From the human T2T-CHM13v2.0 reference genome, Homo sapiens, in NCBI RefSeq assembly GCF_009914755.1, contig NC_060925.1: 64,000 bases of DNA. One strand, given 5' to 3'. Within the stretch, counting starts at the first letter, position 1, and each line of letters opens with the position of its first letter. The position numbers and the translations under genes were made by a program. Shown piece by piece: positions 29,293 through 43,820 of the stretch. The notes beneath the pieces were generated by a model that searched no databases, had not been told where the DNA came from, and saw only the letters and a list, made by a program, of their open reading frames with translations.

Positions 29293-32200
29293 GAATTCAA
29301 AGGAATCATCATCAAATGGAACCGAATGGAATCCTCATTGAATGGAAATGAAAGGGGTCATCATCTAATGGAATCGCATGGAATCATCATCAAATGGAAT
29401 CGAATGGAATCATCATCAAATGGAATCTAATGGAATCATTGAAAAGAATTGAATGGAATCGTCATCGAATGAATTGAATGCAATCATCGAATGGTCTCGA
29501 ATGGAATCATCTTCTAATGGAAAGGAATGGAATCATCGCATAGAATCGAATGGAATTATCATCGAATGGAATCGAATGGTATCAACACCAAACGGAAAAA
29601 AACGGAATTATCGAATGGAATCGAAGAGAATCTTCGAACGGACCCGAATGGAATCATCTAATGGAATGGAATGGAATAATCCATGGACTCGAATGCAATC
29701 ATCATCGAATGGAATGGAATGGAATCATCGAATGGACTCGAATGGAATAATCATTGAACGGAATCGAATGGAATCATCATCGGATGGAAACGAATGGAAT
29801 CATCATCGAATGGAAATGAAAGGAGTCATCATCTAATGGAATTGCATGGAATCATCATAAAATGGAATCGAATGGAATCAACATCAAATGGAATCAAATG
29901 GAATCATTGAACGGAATTGAATGGAATCGTCATCGAATGAATTGACTGCAATCATCGAATGGTCTCGAATGGAATCATCTTCAAATGGAATGGAATGGAA
30001 TCATCGCATAGAATCGAATGGAATTATCATCGAATGGAATCGAATGGAATCAACATCAAACGGAAAAAAACGGAATTATCGAATGGAATCGAAGAGAATC
30101 ATCGAATGGACCCGAATGGAATCATCTAATGGAATGGAATGGAATAATCCATGGACTCGAATGCAATCATCATCGAATGGAATCGAATGGAATCATCGAA
30201 TGGACTCGAATGGAATAATCATTGAACGGAATCGAATGGAATCATCATCGGATGGAAATGAATGGAATCATCATCGAATGGAATCGAATAGAATTATGGA
30301 ATGAAATCCAGTGTGATCATCATCGAATGGACCCGAATGGAATCATCATCCAACGGAAGCTAATGGAATCAACATCGAATGAATCGAATGGAAACACCAT
30401 CGAATTGAAACGAATGGAATTATCATGAAATTGAAATGGATGGACTCATCATCGAATGGATTCGAATGGAATCATCGAATAAAATTTATTGAAATCATCA
30501 TCCAATGGAATCGAATGGTATCATTGAATGGAATCGAATGGAATCATCATCAGATGGAAATGAATGGAATCGTCATAGAATGGAATCGAATGGATTCATT
30601 GAATGGAATCAGATGGAATCATCGAATGGACTGGAATGGAATCATTGAATGGACTCGAAAGGGATCATGATTGAATGGAATTGAATGGAATCATCGAATG
30701 GTCTCGATTGGAATCATTATCAAATGGAATCGAATGGAATCACCAAATAGAATCGAATGGAACAATCATCGAATGGACTCAAATGGAATTATCCTCAAAT
30801 GGAATCGAATGGAATTATCGAATGCAATCGAATGGAATTATCGAATGCAATCGAATAGAATCATCGAAAGGACTCGAATGGAATCATCGAATGGAATGGA
30901 ATGGAACAGTCAATGAACTCGAATGGAATCATCATTGAATGGAATCGAATGGAATCATCGAGTGGAATCGAATGGAATTATGATCAAATGGAATCGAATG
31001 TAATCATCATCAAATGGAATCAAAAATAACCATCATCAATTGGTATTGAATGGAATTGTCATCAAATGGAATTCAAAGGAATCATCATCAAATGGAACCG
31101 AATGGAATCCTCATTGAATGGAAATGAAAGGGGTCATCATCTAATGGAATCGCATGGAATCATCATCAAATGGAATCGAATGGAATCATCATCAAATGGA
31201 ATCTAATGGAATCATTGAACAGAATTGAATGGAATCGTCATCGAATGAATTGAATGCAATCATCGAATGGTCTCGAATGGAATCATCTTCTAATGGAAAG
31301 GAATGGAATCATCGCATAGAATCGAATGGAATTATCATCGAATGGAATCGAATGGTATCAACACCAAACGGAAAAAAACGGAATTATCGAATGGAATCGA
31401 AGAGAATCTTCGAACGGACCCGAATGGAATCATCTAATGGAATGGAATGGAATAATCCATGGACTCGAATGCAATCATCATCGAATGGAATGGAATGGAA
31501 TCATCGAATGGACTCGAATGGAATAATCATTGAACGGAATCGAATGGAATCATCATCGGATGGAAACGAATGGAATCATCATCGAATGGAAATGAAAGGA
31601 GTCATCATCTAATGGAATTGCATGGAATCATCATAAAATGGAATCGAATGGAATCAACATCAAATGGAATCAAATGGAATCATTGAACGGAATTGAATGG
31701 AATCGTCATCGAATGAATTGACTGCAATCATCGAATGGTCTCGAATGGAATCATCTTCAAATGGAATGGAATGGAATCATCGCATAGAATCGAATGGAAT
31801 TATCATCGAATGGAATCGAATGGAATCAACATCAAACGGAAAAAAACGGAATTATCGAATGGAATCGAAGAGAATCATCGAATGGACCCGAATGGAATCA
31901 TCTAATGGAATGGAATGGAATAATCCATGGACTCGAATGCAATCATCATCGAATGGAATCGAATGGAATCATCGAATGGACTCGAATGGAATAATCATTG
32001 AACGGAATCGAATGGAATCATCATCGGATGGAAATGAATGGAATCATCATCGAATGGAATCGAATAGAATTATGGAATGAAATCCAGTGTGATCATCATC
32101 GAATGGACCCGAATGGAATCATCATCCAACGGAAGCTAATGGAATCAACATCGAATGAATCGAATGGAAACACCATCGAATTGAAACGAATGGAATTATC

Positions 32201-35200
32201 ATGAAATTGAAATGGATGGACTCATCATCGAATGGATTCGAATGGAATCATCGAATAAAATTTATTGAAATCATCATCCAATGGAATCGAATGGTATCAT
32301 TGAATGGAATCGAATGGAATCATCATCAGATGGAAATGAATGGAATCGTCATAGAATGGAATCGAATGGATTCATTGAATGGAATCAGATGGAATCATCG
32401 AATGGACTGGAATGGAATCATTGAATGGACTCGAAAGGGATCATGATTGAATGGAATTGAATGGAATCATCGAATGGTCTCGATTGGAATCATTATCAAA
32501 AGGAATCGAATGGAATCACCGAATAGAATCGAATGGAACAATCATCGAATGGACTCAAATGGAATTATCCTCAAATGGAATCGAATGGAATTATCGAATG
32601 CAATCGAATGGAATTATCGAATGCAATCGAATAGAATCATCGAATGGACTCGAATGGAATCATCGAATGGAATGGAATGGAACAGTCAATGAACTCGAAT
32701 GGAATCATCATTGAATGGAATCGAATGGAATCATCGAGTGGAATCGAATGGAATTATGATCAAATGGAATCGAATGTAATCATCATCAAATGGAATCAAA
32801 AATAACCATCATCAATTGGTATTGAATGGAATTGTCATCAAATGGAATTCAAAGGAATCATCATCAAATGGAACCGAATGGAATCCTCATTGAATGGAAA
32901 TGAAAGGGGTCATCATCTAATGGAATCGCATGGAATCATCATCAAATGGAATCGAATGGAATCATCATCAAATGGAATCTAATGGAATCATTGAACAGAA
33001 TTGAATGGAATCGTCATCGAATGAATTGAATGCAATCATCGAATGGTCTCGAATGGAATCATCTTCTAATGGAAAGGAATGGAATCATCGCATAGAATCG
33101 AATGGAATTATCATCGAATGGAATCGAATGGTATCAACACCAAACGGAAAAAAACGGAATTATCGAATGGAATCGAAGAGAATCTTCGAACGGACCCGAA
33201 TGGAATCATCTAATGGAATGGAATGGAATAATCCATGGACTCGAATGCAATCATCATCGAATGGAATGGAATGGAATCATCGAATGGACTCGAATGGAAT
33301 AATCATTGAACGGAATCGAATGGAATCATCATCGGATGGAAACGAATGGAATCATCATCGAATGGAAATGAAAGGAGTCATCATCTAATGGAATTGCATG
33401 GAATCATCATCAAATGGAATCGAATGGAATCAACATCAAATGGAATCAAATGGAATCATTGAACGGAATTGAATGGAATCGTCATCGAATGAATTGACTG
33501 CAATCATCGAATGGTCTCGAATGGAATCATCTTCAAATGGAATGGAATGGAATCATCGCATAGAATCGAATGGAATTATCATCGAATGGAATCGAATGGA
33601 ATCAACATCAAACGGAAAAAAACGGAATTATCGAATGGAATCGAAGAGAATCATCGAATGGACCCGAATGGAATCATCTAATGGAATGGAATGGAATAAT
33701 CCATGGACTCGAATGCAATCATCATCGAATGGAATCGAATGGAATCATCGAATGGACTCGAATGGAATAATCATTGAACGGAATCGAATGGAATCATCAT
33801 CGGATGGAAATGAATGGAATCATCATCGAATGGAATCGAATAGAATTATGGAATGAAATCCAGTGTGATCATCATCGAATGGACCCGAATGGAATCATCA
33901 TCCAACGGAAGCTAATGGAATCAACATCGAATGAATCGAATGGAAACACCATCGAATTGAAACGAATGGAATTATCATGAAATTGAAATGGATGGACTCA
34001 TCATCGAATGGATTCGAATGGAATCATCGAATAAAATTGATTGAAATCATCATCCAATGGAATCGAATGGTATCATTGAATGGAATCGAATGGAATCATC
34101 ATCAGATGGAAATGAATGGAATCGTCATAGAATGGAATCGAATGGATTCATTGAATGGAATCAGATGGAATCATCGAATGGACTGGAATGGAATCATTGA
34201 ATGGACTCGAAAGGGATCATGATTGAATGGAATTGAATGGAATCATCGAATGGTCTCGATTGGAATCATTATCAAAAGGAATCGAATGGAATCACCGAAT
34301 AGAATCGAATGGAACAATCATCGAATGGACTCAAATGGAATTATCCTCAAATGGAATCGAATGGAATTATCGAATGCAATCGAATGGAATTATCGAATGC
34401 AATCGAATAGAATCATCGAATGGACTCGAATGGAATCATCGAATGGAATGGAATGGAACAGTCAATGAACTCGAATGGAATCATCATTGAATGGAATCGA
34501 ATGGAATCATCGAGTGGAATCGAATGGAATTATGATCAAATGGAATCGAATGTAATCATCATCAAATGGAATCAAAAATAACCATCATCAATTGGTATTG
34601 AATGGAATTGTCATCAAATGGAATTCAAAGGAATCATCATCAAATGGAACCGAATGGAATCCTCATTGAATGGAAATGAAAGGGGTCATCATCTAATGGA
34701 ATCGCATGGAATCATCATCAAATGGAATCGAATGGAATCATCATCAAATGGAATCTAATGGAATCATTGAACAGAATTGAATGGAATCGTCATCGAATGA
34801 ATTGAATGCAATCATCGAATGGTCTCGAATGGAATCATCTTCTAATGGAAAGGAATGGAATCATCGCATAGAATCGAATGGAATTATCATCGAATGGAAT
34901 CGAATGGTATCAACACCAAACGGAAAAAAACGGAATTATCGAATGGAATCGAAGAGAATCTTCGAACGGACCCGAATGGAATCATCTAATGGAATGGAAT
35001 GGAATAATCCATGGACTCGAATGCAATCATCATCGAATGGAATGGAATGGAATCATCGAATGGACTCGAATGGAATAATCATTGAACGGAATCGAATGGA
35101 ATCATCATCGGATGGAAACGAATGGAATCATCATCGAATGGAAATGAAAGGAGTCATCATCTAATGGAATTGCATGGAATCATCATCAAATGGAATCGAA

Positions 35201-38200
35201 TGGAATCAACATCAAATGGAATCAAATGGAATCATTGAACGGAATTGAATGGAATCGTCATCGAATGAATTGACTGCAATCATCGAATGGTCTCGAATGG
35301 AATCATCTTCAAATGGAATGGAATGGAATCATCGCATAGAATCGAATGGAATTATCATCGAATGGAATCGAATGGAATCAACATCAAACGGAAAAAAACG
35401 GAATTATCGAATGGAATCGAAGAGAATCATCGAATGGACCCGAATGGAATCATCTAATGGAATGGAATGGAATAATCCATGGACTCGAATGCAATCATCA
35501 TCGAATGGAATCGAATGGAATCATCGAATGGACTCGAATGGAATAATCATTGAACGGAATCGAATGGAATCATCATCGGATGGAAATGAATGGAATCATC
35601 ATCGAATGGAATCGAATAGAATTATGGAATGAAATCCAGTGTGATCATCATCGAATGGACCCGAATGGAATCATCATCCAACGGAAGCTAATGGAATCAA
35701 CATCGAATGAATCGAATGGAAACACCATCGAATTGAAACGAATGGAATTATCATGAAATTGAAATGGATGGACTCATCATCGAATGGATTCGAATGGAAT
35801 CATCGAATAAAATTGATTGAAATCATCATCCAATGGAATCGAATGGTATCATTGAATGGAATCGAATGGAATCATCATCAGATGGAAATGAATGGAATCG
35901 TCATAGAATGGAATCGAATGGATTCATTGAATGGAATCAGATGGAATCATCGAATGGACTGGAATGGAATCATTGAATGGACTCGAAAGGGATCATGATT
36001 GAATGGAATTGAATGGAATCATCGAATGGTCTCGATTGGAATCATTATCAAAAGGAATCGAATGGAATCACCGAATAGAATCGAATGGAACAATCATCGA
36101 ATGGACTCAAATGGAATTATCCTCAAATGGAATCGAATGGAATTATCGAATGCAATCGAATGGAATTATCGAATGCAATCGAATAGAATCATCGAATGGA
36201 CTCGAATGGAATCATCGAATGGAATGGAATGGAACAGTCAATGAACTCGAATGGAATCATCATTGAATGGAATCGAATGGAATCATCGAGTGGAATCGAA
36301 TGGAATTATGATCAAATGGAATCGAATGTAATCATCATCAAATGGAATCAAAAATAACCATCATCAATTGGTATTGAATGGAATTGTCATCAAATGGAAT
36401 TCAAAGGAATCATCATCAAATGGAACCGAATGGAATCCTCATTGAATGGAAATGAAAGGGGTCATCATCTAATGGAATCGCATGGAATCATCATCAAATG
36501 GAATCGAATGGAATCATCATCAAATGGAATCTAATGGAATCATTGAACAGAATTGAATGGAATCGTCATCGAATGAATTGAATGCAATCATCGAATGGTC
36601 TCGAATGGAATCATCTTCTAATGGAAAGGAATGGAATCATCGCATAGAATCGAATGGAATTATCATCGAATGGAATCGAATGGTATCAACACCAAACGGA
36701 AAAAAACGGAATTATCGAATGGAATCGAAGAGAATCTTCGAACGGACCCGAATGGAATCATCTAATGGAATGGAATGGAATAATCCATGGACTCGAATGC
36801 AATCATCATCGAATGGAATGGAATGGAATCATCGAATGGACTCGAATGGAATAATCATTGAACGGAATCGAATGGAATCATCATCGGATGGAAACGAATG
36901 GAATCATCATCGAATGGAAATGAAAGGAGTCATCATCTAATGGAATTGTATGGAATCATCATAAAATGGAATCGAATGGAATCAACATCAAATGGAATCA
37001 AATGGAAAAATTGAACAGAATTGAATGGATTCGTCATCGAATGAATTGACTGCAATCATCGAATTGTCTCGAATGGAATCATCTTCAAATGGAATGGAAT
37101 GGAATCATCGCATAGAATCGAATGGAATTATCATCGAATGGAATCGAATGGAATCAACATCAAACGGAAAAAAACGGAATTATCGAATGGAATCGAAGAG
37201 AATCATCGAATGGACCCGAATGGAATCATCTAATGGAATGGAATGGAATAATCCATGGACTCGAATGCAATCATCATCGAATGGAATCGAATGGAATCAT
37301 TGAATGGACTCGAATGGAATAATCATTGAACGGAATCGAATGGAATCATCATCGGATGGAAATGAATGGAATCATCATCGAATGGAATCGAATAGAATTA
37401 TGGAATGAAATCCAGTGTGATCATCATCGAATGGACCCGAATGGAATCATCATCCAACGGAAGCTAATGGAATCAACATCGAATGAATCGAATGGAAACA
37501 CCATCGAATTGAAACGAATGGAATTATCATGAAATTGAAATGGATGGACTCATCATCGAATGGATTCGAATGGAATCATCGAATAAAATTGATTGAAATC
37601 ATCATCGAATGAAATCGAATGGTATCATTGAATGGAATCGAATGGAATCATCATCAGATGGAAATGAATGGAATCGTCATAGAATGGAATCGAATGGATT
37701 CATTGAATGGAATCAGATGGAATCATCGAATGGACTGGAATGGAATCATTGAATGGACTCGAAAGGGATCATTATTGAATGGAATTGAATGGAATCATCG
37801 AATGGTCTCGATTGGAATCATTATCAAATGGAATCGAATGGAATCACCGAATAGAATCGAATGGAACAATCATCGAATGGACTCAAATGGAATTATCCTC
37901 AAATGGAATCGAATGGAATTATCGAATGCAATCGAATGGAATTATCGAATGCAATCGAATAGAATCATCGAATGGACTCGAATGGAATCATCGAATGGAA
38001 TGGAATGGAACAGTCAATGAACTCGAATGGAATCATCATTGAATGGAATCGAATGGAATCATCGAGTGGAATCGAATGGAATTATGATCAAATGGAATCG
38101 AATGTAATCATCATCAAATGGAATCAAAAATAACCATCATCTATTGGTATTGAATGGAATTGTCATCAAATGGAATTCAAAGGAATCATCATCAAATGGA

Positions 38201-41200
38201 ACCGAATGGAATCCTCATTGAATGGAAATGAAAGGGGTCATCATCTAATGGAATCACATGGAATCATCATCAAATGGAATCGAATGGAATCATCATCAAA
38301 TGGAATCTAATGGAATCATTGAACAGAATTGAATGGAATCGTCATCGAATGAATTGAATGCAATCATCGAATGGTCTCGAATGGAATCATCTTCTAATGG
38401 AAAGGAATGGAATCATCGCATAGAATCGAATGGAATTATCATCGAATGGAATCGAATGGTATCAACACCAAACGGAAAAAAACGGAATTATCGAATGGAA
38501 TCGAAGAGAATCTTCGAACGGACCCGAATGGAATCATCTAATGGAATGGAATGGAATAATCCATGGACTCGAATGCAATCATCATCGAATGGAATGGAAT
38601 GGAATCATCGAATGGACTCGAATGGAATAATCATTGAACGGAATCGAATGGAATCATCATCGGATGGAAACGAATGGAATCATCATCGAATGGAAATGAA
38701 AGGAGTCATCATCTAATGGAATTGCATGGAATCATCATCAAATGGAATCGAATGGAATCAACATCAAATGGAATCAAATGGAATCATTGAACGGAATTGA
38801 ATGGAATCGTCATCGAATGAATTGACTGCAATCATCGAATGGTCTCGAATGGAATCATCTTCAAATGGAATGGAATGGAATCATCGCATAGAATCGAATG
38901 GAATTATCATCGAATGGAATCGAATGGAATCAACATCAAACGGAAAAAAACGGAATTATCGAATGGAATCGAAGAGAATCATCGAATGGACCCGAATGGA
39001 ATCATCTAATGGAATGGAATGGAATAATCCATGGACTCGAATGCAATCATCATCGAATGGAATCGAATGGAATCATCGAATGGACTCGAATGGAATAATC
39101 ATTGAACGGAATCGAATGGAATCATCATCGGATGGAAATGAATGGAATCATCATCGAATGGAATCGAATAGAATTATGGAATGAAATCCAGTGTGATCAT
39201 CATCGAATGGACCCGAATGGAATCATCATCCAACGGAAGCTAATGGAATCAACATCGAATGAATCGAATGGAAACACCATCGAATTGAAACGAATGGAAT
39301 TATCATGAAATTGAAATGGATGGACACATCATCGAATGGATTCGAATGGAATCATCGAATAAAATTGATTGAAATCATCATCAAATGGAATCGAATGGTA
39401 TCATTGAATGGAATCGAATGGAATCATCATCAGATGGAAATGAATGGAATCGTCATAGAATGGAATCGAATGGATTCATTGAATGGAATCAGATGGAATC
39501 ATCGAATGGACTGGAATGAAATCATTGAATGGACTCGAAAGGGATCATTATTGAATGGAATTGAATGGAATCATCGAATGGTCTCGATTGGAATCATTAT
39601 CAAATGGAATCGAATGGAATCACCGAATAGAATCGAATGGAACAATCATTGAATGGACTCAAATGGAATTATCCTCAAATGGAATCGAATGGAATTATCG
39701 AATGCAATCGAATGGAATTATCGAATGCAATCGAATAGAATCATCGAATGGACTCGAATGGAATCATCGAATGGAATGGAATGGAACAGTCAATGAACTC
39801 GAATGGAATCATCATTGAATGGAATCGAATGGAATCATCGAGTGGAATCGAATGGAATTATGATCAAATGGAATCGAATGTAATCATCATCAAATGGAAT
39901 CAAAAATAACCATCATCAATTGGTATTGAATGGAATTGTCATCAAATGGAATTCAAAGGAATCATCATCAAATGGAACCGAATGGAATCCTCATTGAATG
40001 GAAATGAAAGGGGTCATCATCTAATGGAATCGCATGGAATCATCATCAAATGGAATCGAATGGAATCATCATCAAATGGAATCTAATGGAATCATTGAAC
40101 AGAATTGAATGGAATCGTCATCGAATGAATTGAATGCAATCATCGAATGGTCTCGAATGGAATCATCTTCTAATGGAAAGGAATGGAATCATCGCATAGA
40201 ATCGAATGGAATTATCATCGAATGGAATCGAATGGTATCAACACCAAACGGAAAAAAACGGAATTATCGAATGGAATCGAAGAGAATCTTCGAACGGACC
40301 CGAATGGAATCATCTAATGGAATGGAATGGAATAATCCATGGACTCGAATGCAATCATCATCGAATGGAATGGAATGGAATCATCGAATGGACTCGAATG
40401 GAATAATCATTGAACGGAATCGAATGGAATCATCATCGGATGGAAACGAATGGAATCATCATCGAATGGAAATGAAAGGAGTCATCATCTAATGGAATTG
40501 TATGGAATCATCATAAAATGGAATCGAATGGAATCAACATCAAATGGAATCAAATGGAAAAATTGAACAGAATTGAATGGAATCGTCATCGAATGAATTG
40601 ACTGCAATCATCGAATGGTCTCGAATGGAATCATCTTCAAATGGAATGGAATGGAATCATCGCATAGAATCGAATGGAATTATCATCGAATGGAATCGAA
40701 TGGAATCAACATCAAACGGAAAAAAACGGAATTATCGAATGGAATCGAAGAGAATCATCGAATGGACCCGAATGGAATCATCTAATGGAATGGAATGGAA
40801 TAATCCATGGACTCGAATGCAATCATCATCGAATGGAATCGAATGGAATCATCGAATGGACTCGAATGGAATAATCATTGAACGGAATCGAATGGAATCA
40901 TCATCGGATGGAAATGAATGGAATCATCATCGAATGGAATCGAATAGAATTATGGAATGAAATCCAGTGTGATCATCATCGAATGGACCCGAATGGAATC
41001 ATCATCCAACGGAAGCTAATGGAATCAACATCGAATGAATCGAATGGAAACACCATCGAATTGAAACGAATGGAATTATCATGAAATTGAAATGGATGGA
41101 CTCATCATCGAATGGATTCGAATGGAATCATCGAATAAAATTGATTGAAATCATCATCGAATGAAATCGAATGGTATCATTGAATGGAATCGAATGGAAT

Positions 41201-41724
41201 CATCATCAGATGGAAATGAATGGAATCGTCATAGAATGGAATCGAATGGATTCATTGAATGGAATCAGATGGAATCATCGAATGGACTGGAATGGAATCA
41301 TTGAATGGACTCGAAAGGGATCATTATTGAATGGAATTGAATGGAATCATCGAATGGTCTCGATTGGAATCATTATCAAATGGAATCGAATGGAATCACC
41401 GAATAGAATCGAATGGAACAATCATCGAATGGACTCAAATGGAATTATCCTCAAATGGAATCGAATGGAATTATCGAATGCAATCGAATGGAATTATCGA
41501 ATGCAATCGAATAGAATCATCGAATGGACTCGAATGGAATCATCGAATGGAATGGAATGGAACAGTCAATGAACTCGAATGGAATCATCATTGAATGGAA
41601 TCGAATGGAATCATCGAGTGGAATCGAATGGAATTATGATCAAATGGAATCGAATGTAATCATCATCAAATGGAATCAAAAATAACCATCATCTATTGGT
41701 ATTGAATGGAATTGTCATCAAATG

Positions 41725-43820
41725 GAATTCAAAGGAATCATCATCAAATGGAACCGAATGGAATCCTCATTGAATGGAAATGAAAGGGGTCATCATCTAA
41801 TGGAATCGCATGGAATCATCATCAAATGGAATCGAATGGAATCATCATCAAATGGAATCTAATGGAATCATTGAACAGAATTGAATGGAATCGTCATCGA
41901 ATGAATTGAATGCAATCATCGAATGGTCTCGAATGGAATCATCTTCTAATGGAAAGGAATGGAATCATCGCATAGAATCGAATGGAATTATCATCGAATG
42001 GAATCGAATGGTATCAACACCAAACGGAAAAAAACGGAATTATCGAATGAAATCGAAGAGAATCTTCGAACGGACCCGAATGGAATCATCTAATGGAATG
42101 GAATGGAATAATCCATGGACTCGAATGCAATCATCATCGAATGGAATGGAATGGAATCATCGAATGGACTCGAATGGAATAATCATTGAACGGAATCGAA
42201 TGGAATCATCATCGGATGGAAACGAATGGAATCATCATCGAATGGAAATGAAAGGAGTCATCATCTAATGGAATTGCATGGAATCATCATAAAATGGAAT
42301 CGAATGGAATAAACATCAAATGGAATCAAATGGAATCATTGAACGGAATTGAATGGAATCGTCATCGAATGAATTGACTGCAATCATCGAATGGTCTCGA
42401 ATGGAATCATCTTCAAATGGAATGGAATGGAATCATCGCATAGAATCGAATGGAATTATCATCGAATGGAATCGAATGGAATCAACATCAAACGGAAAAA
42501 AACAGAATTATCGTATGGAATCGAAGAGAATCATCGAATGGACCCGAATGGAATCATCTAATGGAATGGAATGGAATAATCCATGGACTCGAATGCAATC
42601 ATCATCGAATGGAATCGAATGGAATCATCGAATGGACTCGAATGGAATAATCATTGAACGGAATCGAATGGAATCATCATCGGATGGAAATGAATGGAAT
42701 CATCATCGAATGGAATCGAATAGAATTATGGAATGAAATCCAGTGTGATCATCATCGAATGGACCCGAATGGAATCATCATCCAACGGAAGCTAATGGAA
42801 TCAACATCGAATGAATCGAATGGAAACACCATCGAATTGAAACGAATGGAATTATCATGAAATTGAAATGGATGGACACATCATCGAATGGATTCGAATG
42901 GAAACATCGAATAAAATTGATTGAAATCATCATCCAATGGAATCGAATGGTATCATTGAATGGAATCGAATGGAATCATCATCAGATGGAAATGAATGGA
43001 ATCGTCATAGAATGGAATCGAATGGATTCATTGAATGGAATCAGATGGAATCATCGAATGGACTGGAATGGAATCATTGAATGGACTCGAAAGGGATCAT
43101 GATTGAATGGAATTGAATGGAATCATCGAATGGTCTCGATTGGAATCATTATCAAATGGAATCGAATGGAATCACAGAATAGAATCGAATGGAACAATCA
43201 TCGAATGGACTCAAATGGAATTATCCTCAAATGGATTCGAATGGAAACATCGAATAAAATTGATTGAAATCATCATCCAATGGAATCGAATGGTATCATT
43301 GAATGGAATCGAATGGAATCATCATCAGATGGAAATGAATGGAATCGTCATAGAATGGAATCGAATGGATTCATTGAATGGAATCAGATGGAATCATCGA
43401 ATGGACTGGAATGGAATCATTGAATGGACTCGAAAGGGATCATGATTGAATGGAATTGAATGGAATCATCGAATGGTCTCGATTGGAATCATTATCAAAT
43501 GGAATCGAATGGAATCACCGAATAGAATCGAATGGAACAATCATCGAATGGACTCAAATGGAATTATCCTCAAATGGAATCGAATGGAATTATCGAATGC
43601 AATCGAATAGAATCATCGAAAGGACTCGAATGGAATCATCGAATGGAATGGAATGGAACAGTCAATGAACTCGAATGGAATCATCATTGAATGGAATCGA
43701 ATGGAATCATCGAGTGGAATCGAATGGAATTATGATCAAATGGAATCGAATGTAATCATCATCAAATGGAATCAAAAATAACCATCATCAATTGGTATTG
43801 AATGGAATTGTCATCAAATG
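41725..43820 (+). repeat. Variant unit, 2096 bp (343-bp tandem duplication plus 23-bp deletion)
   Basis: Anchor spacing 41885 to 43981 is 2096 = 1776 + 343 - 23. GGATTCGAATGGAAACATCGAATAAAATTG occurs at both 42890 and 43233. Only one GGAATTATCGAATGCAATCGAAT is present near 43586, where other units have two. Confidence 0.93.
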
